DNA of 16,176 nt from Elusimicrobiota bacterium (lineage in GTDB: Bacteria > Elusimicrobiota > Elusimicrobia > UBA1565). Both the position numbers and the translations under genes were made by a program. The notes beneath the pieces are model-generated. The model worked only from the letters and a program-made list of their open reading frames with translations. It had not been told where the DNA came from and did no database searches. The stretch is taken from the NCBI GenBank assembly GCA_043819795.1, contig JBDREN010000198.1:1-16176 (forward strand). Direction: 5' to 3'. Shown here one piece after another: positions 9,513 to 16,176 of the stretch. The first letter of the stretch is position 1; the number at the start of each line of letters is the position of its first letter.

Positions 9513-10996
9513 CGGCGCGAGGCGGCATGGAGATGGTCGTCGGTCTCGAGGTCCACGTGCAGCTCGCCACCGCCACGAAGCTCTTCTGCGGGTGCTCGAC
9601 GGCCTCTTTCGGGAGCGAGCCCAACACCAACGTCTGTCCGGTGTGCACGGGACAGCCGGGCGTCCTGCCGGTGCTCAATGGCCGGGCGGTGGACCTGGCC
9701 TTCACCTCCGCGCTGGCGCTTGGGTGCCGGCTGCGCGAGCGCTCGATCTTCGCGCGCAAGAATTTCTTCTACCCGGACATGCCGAAGGGCTACCAGATCT
9801 CGCAGTACGAGGAGCCGTTCTCGGAGAACGGGCGCCTGGAGCTCCCGGGAGGGCGCGGCCGCGGCATCGGCATCCATCGCATCCACATCGAGGAGGACGC
9901 GGGCAAGCTGCTGCACGCGATCGGATCGGAGGAGCTGCCGTATTCGCTCGTGGACTTCAACCGGGCCGGGGCGCCGCTCATCGAGATCGTCTCCGAGGCG
10001 GACATCCGCTCGCCCGAGGAGGCTTTCCAGTATCTGACGGGCCTCAAGGAGGTCCTGAGGTACTGCGGCGTCTCGCGCTGCGACATGGAGAAGGGCGAGC
10101 TGCGCTGCGACGCCAACATCTCCGTGCGCCCCGGAGGCTCCGCGGAGTTCGGGACCAGGACCGAGATCAAGAACCTCAACTCCTTCCGCGCCGTGAAGGA
10201 CGCCCTCGCCTACGAGTTCGAGCGCCAGTGCTCCGTCCTGGCGGAGGGGGGGCGCGTCGCGCAGGAGACCCGGTTATGGAACGCCTCGCACGCGCGGACC
10301 GAGTCCATGCGCTCGAAGGAGGAGGCGCACGATTACCGCTACTTCCCCGAGCCCGATCTCGTCCCGCTCTTCGCCGACAAGGGCTGGGAGGCGCGCATCC
10401 GGGCCGGCCTGCCCGAGCTGCCGCCCGCGCGCCGGCGCCGTTTCGTCGAGGAGTACAAGCTCTCCGAGTACGACGCCGGCGCGCTGGCCTCCGAGCGCGC
10501 GTTGGCCGATTATTTCGAGGCCGTGGTGAAAGCGGCCGAGCCCGCGGCGGCCGGCGGCCCGGCGCCGGCTGCCAAGGAGCTCGCCAAGGCCGCCGCGAAC
10601 TGGACGCTCACGGAACTGCTCGCCAAGATCAACGCCGAGGGCAAGCCGATCGAGGAGTGCCCGGTGGCGCCGGAGCGGCTGGCCGAGCTCATCGGCCTCA
10701 TCCGCGAGGGAGATATCTCGGGCAAGATAGGCAAGGACGTCTTCGCGAGGATGTGGGAGACCGGCGAGGCTCCCGCGGCGCTGGTCAAGGACCTCGGGCT
10801 GGCGCAGGTGTCCGACGCCGCCCGGATCGGGGCCTGGGTCGACGAGGCCCTGCGCGAGAACCCGAAGGCCGTGGCCGACCTCAAGGCCGGCAAGGAGAAG
10901 GCCGCCGGCAGGATCGTCGGCGCCGTCATGCGCAAGTCCCAGGGCAAGGCCAACCCCGGGTTGGTCAACAAGCTGATCAAGGAGAGGATCCCATGA
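9509..10996 (+). CDS. gatB: Asp-tRNA(Asn)/Glu-tRNA(Gln) amidotransferase subunit B
   Basis: VGLEVHVQL, PNTNVCPVCTGQPGVLP, RKNFFYPDMPKGYQISQ, IHIEEDAGK, DFNRAGAPLIEIVSE, EIKNLNS, RSKEEAHDYRYFPEPDL and a YqeY-like tail. ATGA overlap start; alternative ATG at 9527. Confidence 0.97.
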   Translation: MTARGGMEMVVGLEVHVQLATATKLFCGCSTASFGSEPNTNVCPVCTGQPGVLPVLNGRAVDLAFTSALALGCRLRERSIFARKNFFYPDMPKGYQISQYEEPFSENGRLELPGGRGRGIGIHRIHIEEDAGKLLHAIGSEELPYSLVDFNRAGAPLIEIVSEADIRSPEEAFQYLTGLKEVLRYCGVSRCDMEKGELRCDANISVRPGGSAEFGTRTEIKNLNSFRAVKDALAYEFERQCSVLAEGGRVAQETRLWNASHARTESMRSKEEAHDYRYFPEPDLVPLFADKGWEARIRAGLPELPPARRRRFVEEYKLSEYDAGALASERALADYFEAVVKAAEPAAAGGPAPAAKELAKAAANWTLTELLAKINAEGKPIEECPVAPERLAELIGLIREGDISGKIGKDVFARMWETGEAPAALVKDLGLAQVSDAARIGAWVDEALRENPKAVADLKAGKEKAAGRIVGAVMRKSQGKANPGLVNKLIKERIP

Positions 10997-13900
10997 GACC
11001 CACGTTCTTAGCCGCTTTACTGGTCGTTCTCGTCGCAGCCGCGGACGCGCGCGCGTACGACTTCATCGAGTTCGCGGACCCGATCGACGCCGGCATGTCT
11101 GCGCACGCGGTGGCCGCGGCGGCCTCTCCCTCGCGGCTCTACCTGGTCGACGAGAAGAAGAGCGCGCTCCATATCTTCGACGCCGAGGGCAAACACCTCA
11201 AGACCGTATTCGGCAAGGACCTGCTCTCCGGGCCGCGCGGGATCGCGCTCGGGCCCTCCGGAGAGGTCTTCGTCGCCGACACGAAGAACTCCCGCGTGCA
11301 GGTCTTCGACCCCGAGGGAGCTCTGAAGCGCTCCATCGGGTCCAAGGGCTCGGCGCCCGGCCGCCTCAGCAAGCCGCATTCGGTCGCCGTGGGAGCCGAC
11401 GGGCGGGTCTACGTCGCCGACACCGGCAACGACCGTGTCCAGGTGTTCACGCGGGAGGGCGTATTCCTCTTCGGCTTCGGCGAGAAGGGCTCGGATCCGG
11501 GGCAGCTGAAGGGCCCGACGCGGATCGCCGTGGACCCCTCGGACCGCGTCTACGTGCTCGACGAGGGCAACGAGCGGCTGCAGAGGTACGGCTCCGACAC
11601 GAGCCTGGACCGCGAGTTCGTCCTGCACGGCTCCGACTTCGCCGTCGACGACTACGGGTTCCTCTACATGCTCGACAAGAAGCGCGGCAAGGTCAAGGAG
11701 GTCGGGCCCGACGGACTCGTCCGCGGGGGCTTCGGCGCCGCCGGCAAGGGCCGGGGCCAGTTCAAGAAGCCGCAGGGGATCGCGATCGGTCCCGACGGGA
11801 CGATCTTCGTGGTGGATGCGGGCAACAAGCGGATCCAGCGCGTGCTCCTGACCAACAAGCTTAAGACCGAGCGGCTCAAGCATAACCTCGCCACGAAGCT
11901 GCTGGTGACAGGTCCGACGCGCGTCCTGCCCCTCGCCGCCGCCGCGCTCGCGAGCAGCGGGGAACTCCTGATCGCCTACGAGGAGAAGACGGGCCAGTTC
12001 GTGGTCATCGGCAAGGATGGGGCCGAGGTCCGGCGCTTCGGCACGAACAAGGGCTCCGACGAAACGGTGACGGAAGGGACCCGCGGCTTCGCCGCAAGCG
12101 AGAAGTACGGCCTCTACGTGGCCGACACGAAGGGCGGCAAGATCCAGGTGTTCGGCCTGGACGGCGAGCACAAGACCAACTTCGGCGAGGCCAAGGGCCT
12201 GTTCGCGAGCAAGAAAAAGGAAGGCCGCGTGAAGGAGCCGGCCGGGGTCGCGATCGACGAGAAGGGGAAGGTCTACGTCGCCGACGCCGGCAACCGCCGC
12301 GTCGACGCCTTCAGCCCCGACGGGACGTTCCTTTTTGGGTTCGGCCCGCGTGTCGGGCCTCACGAGTTCGACCGGCCCGTCTCGGTCGCCTGGGACGAGG
12401 CGGGCTTCGTCTACGTCCTCGATAGCGGGCTGAGGAAAGTGTTCAAGTGCACGCCCTCCGGCGGTTTCATCAAGGCCTGGGGCGCGGAGGGCCGCGGGGT
12501 AGGCCAGTTCGACGATCCCGTCTCGCTCGCCTACGACGGCCGGAGCTACCTCTACGTCCTGGACCGGGGCCACAAGCGCGTCTCCGTATTCGACCGCGAC
12601 GGGACCTGGGTCACGAACTTCTTCTCCGGGGGCTCCGACGAGCTCAGCCTCGACGAGCCGTCGGCCTTGACGGTGACGGGCGACCAGTTGGTGATCGCGG
12701 ACCCGCGCGCCGGGCGCGTCGTCTCCTTCACTCTCCACCCGCGCCTCGCGCCCCCCGTGGAGATCTCCACGAAGGCCGTGGAGGGGGAGGTCGTTGTGAG
12801 CTGGAAGCCCGTGTCGGACCCCTGGGCGGGGGGCTACCGCGTCTACCGCTCGAGCCGTCCCCTCGGGCCGTTCGGCGAGGGGCTTCTGGCGAAGAAGCCC
12901 GTCTTCAAGGACTCGAAGGTCGAGGCGTATGAGCGCTACTGGTACCGCGTCGCGGTGGAGGCCGGGACCGGAGACCTGGGCCCGGTCTCGCGGCCGGTCG
13001 AGGTCTACATCCCCGGCGCCTTCAACCGCCCGCCGATCGAGATATCGACGCTCGCGGTCGGGAACATCTTCTCGGCCAACTACAAATGGTACCTGACGAA
13101 CCCGGTGGGGAAGGCCGCCATCGTGAACAACGTCAACCTTCCGTTCCAGAACGTGAAGGCCTCGTTCCGGCTCAAGGACTTCATGGATTTCGCCACCGAG
13201 AAGGTAATCGAGCGCATCGGGGCGCAGGAGACGGTCGAGATACCCCTGGTCGCGACGCTCAATAATCGCATCTTGGAGGTGAGCGAGGACACTCCCATCC
13301 AGGCCGAGTTCACCGTGACCTATTACGAGAAGGGCAAGAAGCAGGAGGTCTCGGTAGCCCTGCCGCTGAAGGTCTATTCCCGCAACGCGATCACCTGGGA
13401 GGACCCCAGGCGCATCGCGAACTTCATCACGCCCAAGGACCCGCCGGTGCTCGACCTGGGGCGCGAGATCCTGCGCCAAGCGCCCGAGGGGCCGCAGGGG
13501 ACCGCCTACCTCAACGGGAACCTCGCGACCGCCATGCGGCTGTGGGCGGCGCTGGGGTCTTTGGGCGTCAAGTTTATGCCGAGCCCGAACAACCCGTTCG
13601 AGCTGATGTCGGAGGATCCGGCTTTCCCGGTGGACTATACGCAGTTCCCGCGCGAGACCCTGCGGCGCAAGAGCGGCGAGTGCGACGACCTCGTGACGCT
13701 TATCGCGTCCATGCTCGAGGGAGCCACCGTGCGGACGGCCCTCCTCGACTACCCCGGCCACCTGGCGCTGATGTTCGATACCGGCTCCAACGATCTCCTA
13801 GAGGTCGGGCTTCCCGAGGACAAGCTGATCAAGTACCAGGACACCTACTGGGTCCCGCTCGAGGCGACCATGGTGGGCTCTCCGTTCGAGGAGTCCTCGA

Positions 13901-14481
13901 GCAAGGCCCTGTTCGCCTACAAAGAGATGGCCGCGCAGGACAAGGCGGCCGTCACGGACCCGCGCGAGTCGTGGAAGGTCTACGAGCCGGCCACCTTGCC
14001 CAAGCCCGAGCAGGAGGCGCTCAAGCCCGAGGCGAAGGATTTCGCCAAGCGCTTCGACCGCGCGGCTTCCCATTACCTCAAGGCGCGCTACGCGTTCCTC
14101 AGCGCGCATCTCCAGAAGGCGGCCGCCGAGGCGGAGGGCGATCCCGCGCCCCTCAACCAGCTGGGCATCCTCGAATCCCAGCACGGCAGGCTCGCGGAGG
14201 CCGAGAAGGAGTTCGCAAAGGCGCTCGAGGCCGAGCCCGGGAACGCGGCGGCGCTTAACAACATGGGCAACCTCGCCTACGTCCGGGGCGACTACGAGGC
14301 GGCCTTGACGCGCTATCAGGAAGCGGCCGAGCGGGACGCGGACGATCCGGGAATCTGGATGAACCTGACTCGCGCCGCGCTCAAGCTCGGGCGCAAGGAG
14401 CGGGCCGATGAGTACGCGAAAAAGGCCGTGGCCCTCGACAAAACGCTCAAGCCGGACGTAGAGTCGCTCATGAAGCGGTGA
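10993..14481 (+). CDS. Large secreted multidomain protein: NHL-repeat beta-propellers, FN3, transglutaminase-like domain, TPRs (1162 aa)
   Basis: ATGA overlap with gatB, with GGAGAGG upstream. Signal peptide MRPTFLAALLVVLVAAADARA. Many NHL repeats (e.g. PHSVAVGADGRVYVADTGNDRVQVF). FN3 (VVVSWKP..GYRVYRS..YWYRVAV), QFPRETL..SGECDD..PGHL..WVPLEAT and C-terminal TPRs (ALNNMGNLAYVRGDYEAA). Confidence 0.9.
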   Translation: MRPTFLAALLVVLVAAADARAYDFIEFADPIDAGMSAHAVAAAASPSRLYLVDEKKSALHIFDAEGKHLKTVFGKDLLSGPRGIALGPSGEVFVADTKNSRVQVFDPEGALKRSIGSKGSAPGRLSKPHSVAVGADGRVYVADTGNDRVQVFTREGVFLFGFGEKGSDPGQLKGPTRIAVDPSDRVYVLDEGNERLQRYGSDTSLDREFVLHGSDFAVDDYGFLYMLDKKRGKVKEVGPDGLVRGGFGAAGKGRGQFKKPQGIAIGPDGTIFVVDAGNKRIQRVLLTNKLKTERLKHNLATKLLVTGPTRVLPLAAAALASSGELLIAYEEKTGQFVVIGKDGAEVRRFGTNKGSDETVTEGTRGFAASEKYGLYVADTKGGKIQVFGLDGEHKTNFGEAKGLFASKKKEGRVKEPAGVAIDEKGKVYVADAGNRRVDAFSPDGTFLFGFGPRVGPHEFDRPVSVAWDEAGFVYVLDSGLRKVFKCTPSGGFIKAWGAEGRGVGQFDDPVSLAYDGRSYLYVLDRGHKRVSVFDRDGTWVTNFFSGGSDELSLDEPSALTVTGDQLVIADPRAGRVVSFTLHPRLAPPVEISTKAVEGEVVVSWKPVSDPWAGGYRVYRSSRPLGPFGEGLLAKKPVFKDSKVEAYERYWYRVAVEAGTGDLGPVSRPVEVYIPGAFNRPPIEISTLAVGNIFSANYKWYLTNPVGKAAIVNNVNLPFQNVKASFRLKDFMDFATEKVIERIGAQETVEIPLVATLNNRILEVSEDTPIQAEFTVTYYEKGKKQEVSVALPLKVYSRNAITWEDPRRIANFITPKDPPVLDLGREILRQAPEGPQGTAYLNGNLATAMRLWAALGSLGVKFMPSPNNPFELMSEDPAFPVDYTQFPRETLRRKSGECDDLVTLIASMLEGATVRTALLDYPGHLALMFDTGSNDLLEVGLPEDKLIKYQDTYWVPLEATMVGSPFEESSSKALFAYKEMAAQDKAAVTDPRESWKVYEPATLPKPEQEALKPEAKDFAKRFDRAASHYLKARYAFLSAHLQKAAAEAEGDPAPLNQLGILESQHGRLAEAEKEFAKALEAEPGNAAALNNMGNLAYVRGDYEAALTRYQEAAERDADDPGIWMNLTRAALKLGRKERADEYAKKAVALDKTLKPDVESLMKR

Positions 14482-14492
14482 CCAAAGCCATC

Positions 14493-14534
14493 TTGAATAT
14501 GGGCGCGCCGTGCCGGATAATCTATCAGAGGTGA
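14493..14534 (+). promoter_or_regulatory. sigma70-type promoter and Shine-Dalgarno for the 14539 gene
   Basis: TTGAAT (14493-14498), 17-nt spacer, GATAAT (14516-14521); SD GAGGTGA (14528-14534) just before ATG 14539. Confidence 0.65.
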
Positions 14535-14538
14535 TGCC

Positions 14539-15090
14539 ATGAAAAAGCCCTTCATTCTCGTTGCGCTGATCGCGTTCTTGACTCTGGCGGCGGCCCCGAG
14601 GCCGGCGCTCTGGGCGGAGAATAAGCCGCCGGCCCGGCGCTCGCTCATGTCCTGGTTCAAGCATTGGAAGCAGGCTCTCGAGAAGTCGGCCGTGGAGGCA
14701 CGCTACCGGAACGTGCGGACCACCGCGGTCGCGGCCGTGCGCGGGGCCGGGCAGGCCGGGGCGGACCCCTCCAAGCCTTACTGGAAGGGGACGTGGTCGG
14801 ACAAGAAGGCCGCCGAGCGCATGAAGGAGCGCGAGGAGCTGGCCGAGGCCGTCTCCCTGATCATCGAGGGAAAGACCGAGGGAGCGCGGGCCAAGCTCGA
14901 CGCTTTCGAGAAATCCCACCCGGAGAGCAGTTTCCTGCCCGACGTCCGGGAGGGGCGGGCCAAGCTTGACGAGCTCAAGGCCGAGGCCGGAGCTTCGGAC
15001 CCCGGTTCGGACGAGGGGGAGGCCGCCTCCGGCGAGCCCGCGGAAGCGGAAGCGGAATCCGGAGCGGATGAGGCTAAACCGGCCGAGTAA
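14539..15090 (+). CDS. Hypothetical exported protein (183 aa) with a TPR-like helical hairpin and acidic tail
   Basis: Good SD; signal peptide MKKPFILVALIAFLTLAAAPRPALWA; ARAKLDAFEKSHPESSFLPDV resembles a BamD/YbgF-type TPR unit; E/A/D-rich C-terminus. Confidence 0.85.
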   Translation: MKKPFILVALIAFLTLAAAPRPALWAENKPPARRSLMSWFKHWKQALEKSAVEARYRNVRTTAVAAVRGAGQAGADPSKPYWKGTWSDKKAAERMKEREELAEAVSLIIEGKTEGARAKLDAFEKSHPESSFLPDVREGRAKLDELKAEAGASDPGSDEGEAASGEPAEAEAESGADEAKPAE

Positions 15091-15091
15091 G

Positions 15092-15118
15092 CGGTGTCAG
15101 GCTATGACTTTCTTGACT
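15092..15118 (+). repeat. Left inverted repeat CGGTGTCAGGCTATGACTTTCTTGACT
   Basis: Exact reverse complement of 15998-16024 (27/27). Confidence 0.95.
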
Positions 15119-15960
15119 TACTTGACTTTTTGCAGGGCGCGGGAAGTCGCGCTTTGCGAGATGTCCAAGAACGCCGCGATGGACGTTAAGCTGTGTCCCG
15201 CCGAGTAAGCGTCGGCGATAAAGGCTCTGCGAGCCGCGCTTGCCGCCCAGGAACGCCCTCGTCCCCGGATCGTCGCCACGGCGATCCCGGTCTCCTCCCC
15301 GGCCTTTGACACTAGGGCGTCAAGATCCAGCCGTTCGGCCCCGAGCCGTGGCTTGCGCGGCGTTGGCCTCGCTGCGGTCCTTTCCGGCATCGGATGTTCC
15401 ATGGCTGCGGGGTCGTCCATGCCGTCCAAGACATGCCGTTCGTATTGGGCCAAGGCTTTCTTGCGGTCTGGGTCAAAGAGATTTAGGACCCGATCTGAAT
15501 CGATGAGCCCGCGTTCGTGGCGCCCCATGATCTCTCGATGGCCGGACCAGGGCCATTCCTCCGGCGAGCGTACCAGCCCGGCCTTGATGGGGTTGAGATG
15601 GATGTAGCGAAGAAGATGGATGAGATAGGCGTCATCGTTTACGATTATCGCCTTGAAGCGGCCCTGAAAGACGTGGCCGATGCGCCTTCGCGCAATGTTG
15701 AACCGTTTGCTCCAAGTCGTCATCAGGCGGTGCATGATCTTGGAGAGCGGTGTGTCTTCAATCTCGACCAAGACGTGGAAGTGATTGCTCATCATGCAGT
15801 AGGCCAGGAGTCGGAAGTCGTCCTCTCCACGGATGTCGCTGAGGAGGTCGAGGAAGCCGTCCCACTCCTTGCGTCGCTGGAAGATAATCTGGCCGTCGTT
15901 TCCGCGGGCTAGCGCGTGGAACACGGCGCCGGGGAAGTGAGCTCTCGGAGGCCGGGGCAT
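15118..15960 (-). CDS. REP-associated tyrosine transposase-like (RAYT/TnpA-REP, Y1 HUH endonuclease) with C-terminal HTH-like domain (280 aa)
   Basis: MPRPPR..PGAVFHALARGN, AYCMMSNHFH (HUH), GHVFQGRFKA, RYIHLNP (catalytic Tyr), WPWS. Tail AARRAFIADAYSAGHSLTSIAAFLDISQSATSRA is HTH-like. Start reset to the ATG at 15960. Confidence 0.92.
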   Translation of the reverse strand: MPRPPRAHFPGAVFHALARGNDGQIIFQRRKEWDGFLDLLSDIRGEDDFRLLAYCMMSNHFHVLVEIEDTPLSKIMHRLMTTWSKRFNIARRRIGHVFQGRFKAIIVNDDAYLIHLLRYIHLNPIKAGLVRSPEEWPWSGHREIMGRHERGLIDSDRVLNLFDPDRKKALAQYERHVLDGMDDPAAMEHPMPERTAARPTPRKPRLGAERLDLDALVSKAGEETGIAVATIRGRGRSWAASAARRAFIADAYSAGHSLTSIAAFLDISQSATSRALQKVK

Positions 15961-15997
15961 GCCAACACGTACGCCTGAGACGCCCAAAAGTTCCAAG

Positions 15998-16024
15998 AGT
16001 CAAGAAAGTCATAGCCTGACACCG
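15998..16024 (-). repeat. Right inverted repeat (AGTCAAGAAAGTCATAGCCTGACACCG on +)
   Basis: Exact reverse complement of 15092-15118. Confidence 0.95.
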
Positions 16025-16033
16025 AATCCCTAG

Positions 16034-16176
16034 CCCAGCTACGGATTCCGACCCGGGAGACGAGCGCACGACGCCGTACGAGCGGCGCAACGCTACATCC
16101 AGGAAGGACGCCGGTGGGTAGCAGACGCGGATTTGGAGTCGTTTTTCGACCGCGTCAACCACGATGTGCTTCTGGG
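16034..16176 (+). pseudogene. 5'-truncated group II intron reverse transcriptase/maturase (LtrA-like) fragment running off the window
   Basis: Manual translation gives PSYGFRPGRRAHDAVRAAQRYIQEGRRWVADADLESFFDRVNHDVLL, matching the SYGFRPGR and DxDLxxFFDxVNHD motifs of group II intron RTs. An in-frame TAG at 16031-16033 precedes it, with no start codon. Confidence 0.88.

Larger units (their letters stand above)
15092..16024. mobile_element. Putative ~933-bp HUH-transposase element bounded by 27-bp terminal inverted repeats
   Basis: One transposase-like gene, antisense to all neighbours, between perfect inverted repeats. Visibly less GC-rich than the host genes. No target duplication seen. Confidence 0.75.

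Noticed and set aside
7210..9759. 849-aa minus-strand ORF
   Set aside because: Antisense shadow of gatA/nudix; Arg/Pro/Gly-rich with no domain signal.
9193..10992. N-terminal 600 aa of the 1762-aa ORF
   Set aside because: Off-frame overlap with nudix/gatB; the real start is 10993 (SD-like GGAGAGG, signal peptide).
11130..12740. Recurring DNA words such as gtctacgtcgccgac as a possible CRISPR or DNA repeat array
   Set aside because: In-frame, degenerate, irregularly spaced codons of NHL protein repeats; no cas genes.
11017..13761. 914-aa minus-strand ORF
   Set aside because: Antisense shadow of the NHL protein.
15961..15996. 12-aa N-terminal extension of the transposase in the ORF track
   Set aside because: Family members start at M(P/A)RxxR; the extension runs through the promoter/repeat region.
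15758..16162. 134-aa minus-strand ORF crossing the right inverted repeat
   Set aside because: Antisense of the RT fragment plus an off-frame part of the transposase; no coherent protein.
16034..16176. RT fragment as a retron, DGR or CRISPR-associated RT
   Set aside because: Motifs best fit group II intron RTs; no msr/msd, template/variable repeat pair or cas1 visible in the window.

Overview
GC-rich bacterial chromosomal window with nearly all genes on the + strand. It opens with the 3' part of an unknown Gly-rich, Cys-containing protein. Next come ychF and a TRAM-less RlmD/TrmA-family m5U methyltransferase. A tightly coupled ~10.7 kb operon follows: pcrA/uvrD - gatC - secreted TPR protein - gatA - Nudix hydrolase - gatB - a 1162-aa secreted NHL/FN3/transglutaminase-like/TPR protein. 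A small secreted protein with its own sigma70-like promoter comes after it. The right end is accessory DNA. A ~933-bp element carries an HUH (Y1, RAYT/TnpA-REP-like) transposase with a C-terminal HTH-like extension, bounded by perfect 27-bp terminal inverted repeats with internal 9-bp repeats and no target-site duplication. Directly beyond it is a 5'-truncated group II intron reverse transcriptase fragment, missed by the ORF track, that runs off the window. All calls rest on motif recognition by eye; no searches were run. The gene style suggests a diderm such as Elusimicrobiota, but that is only a guess.
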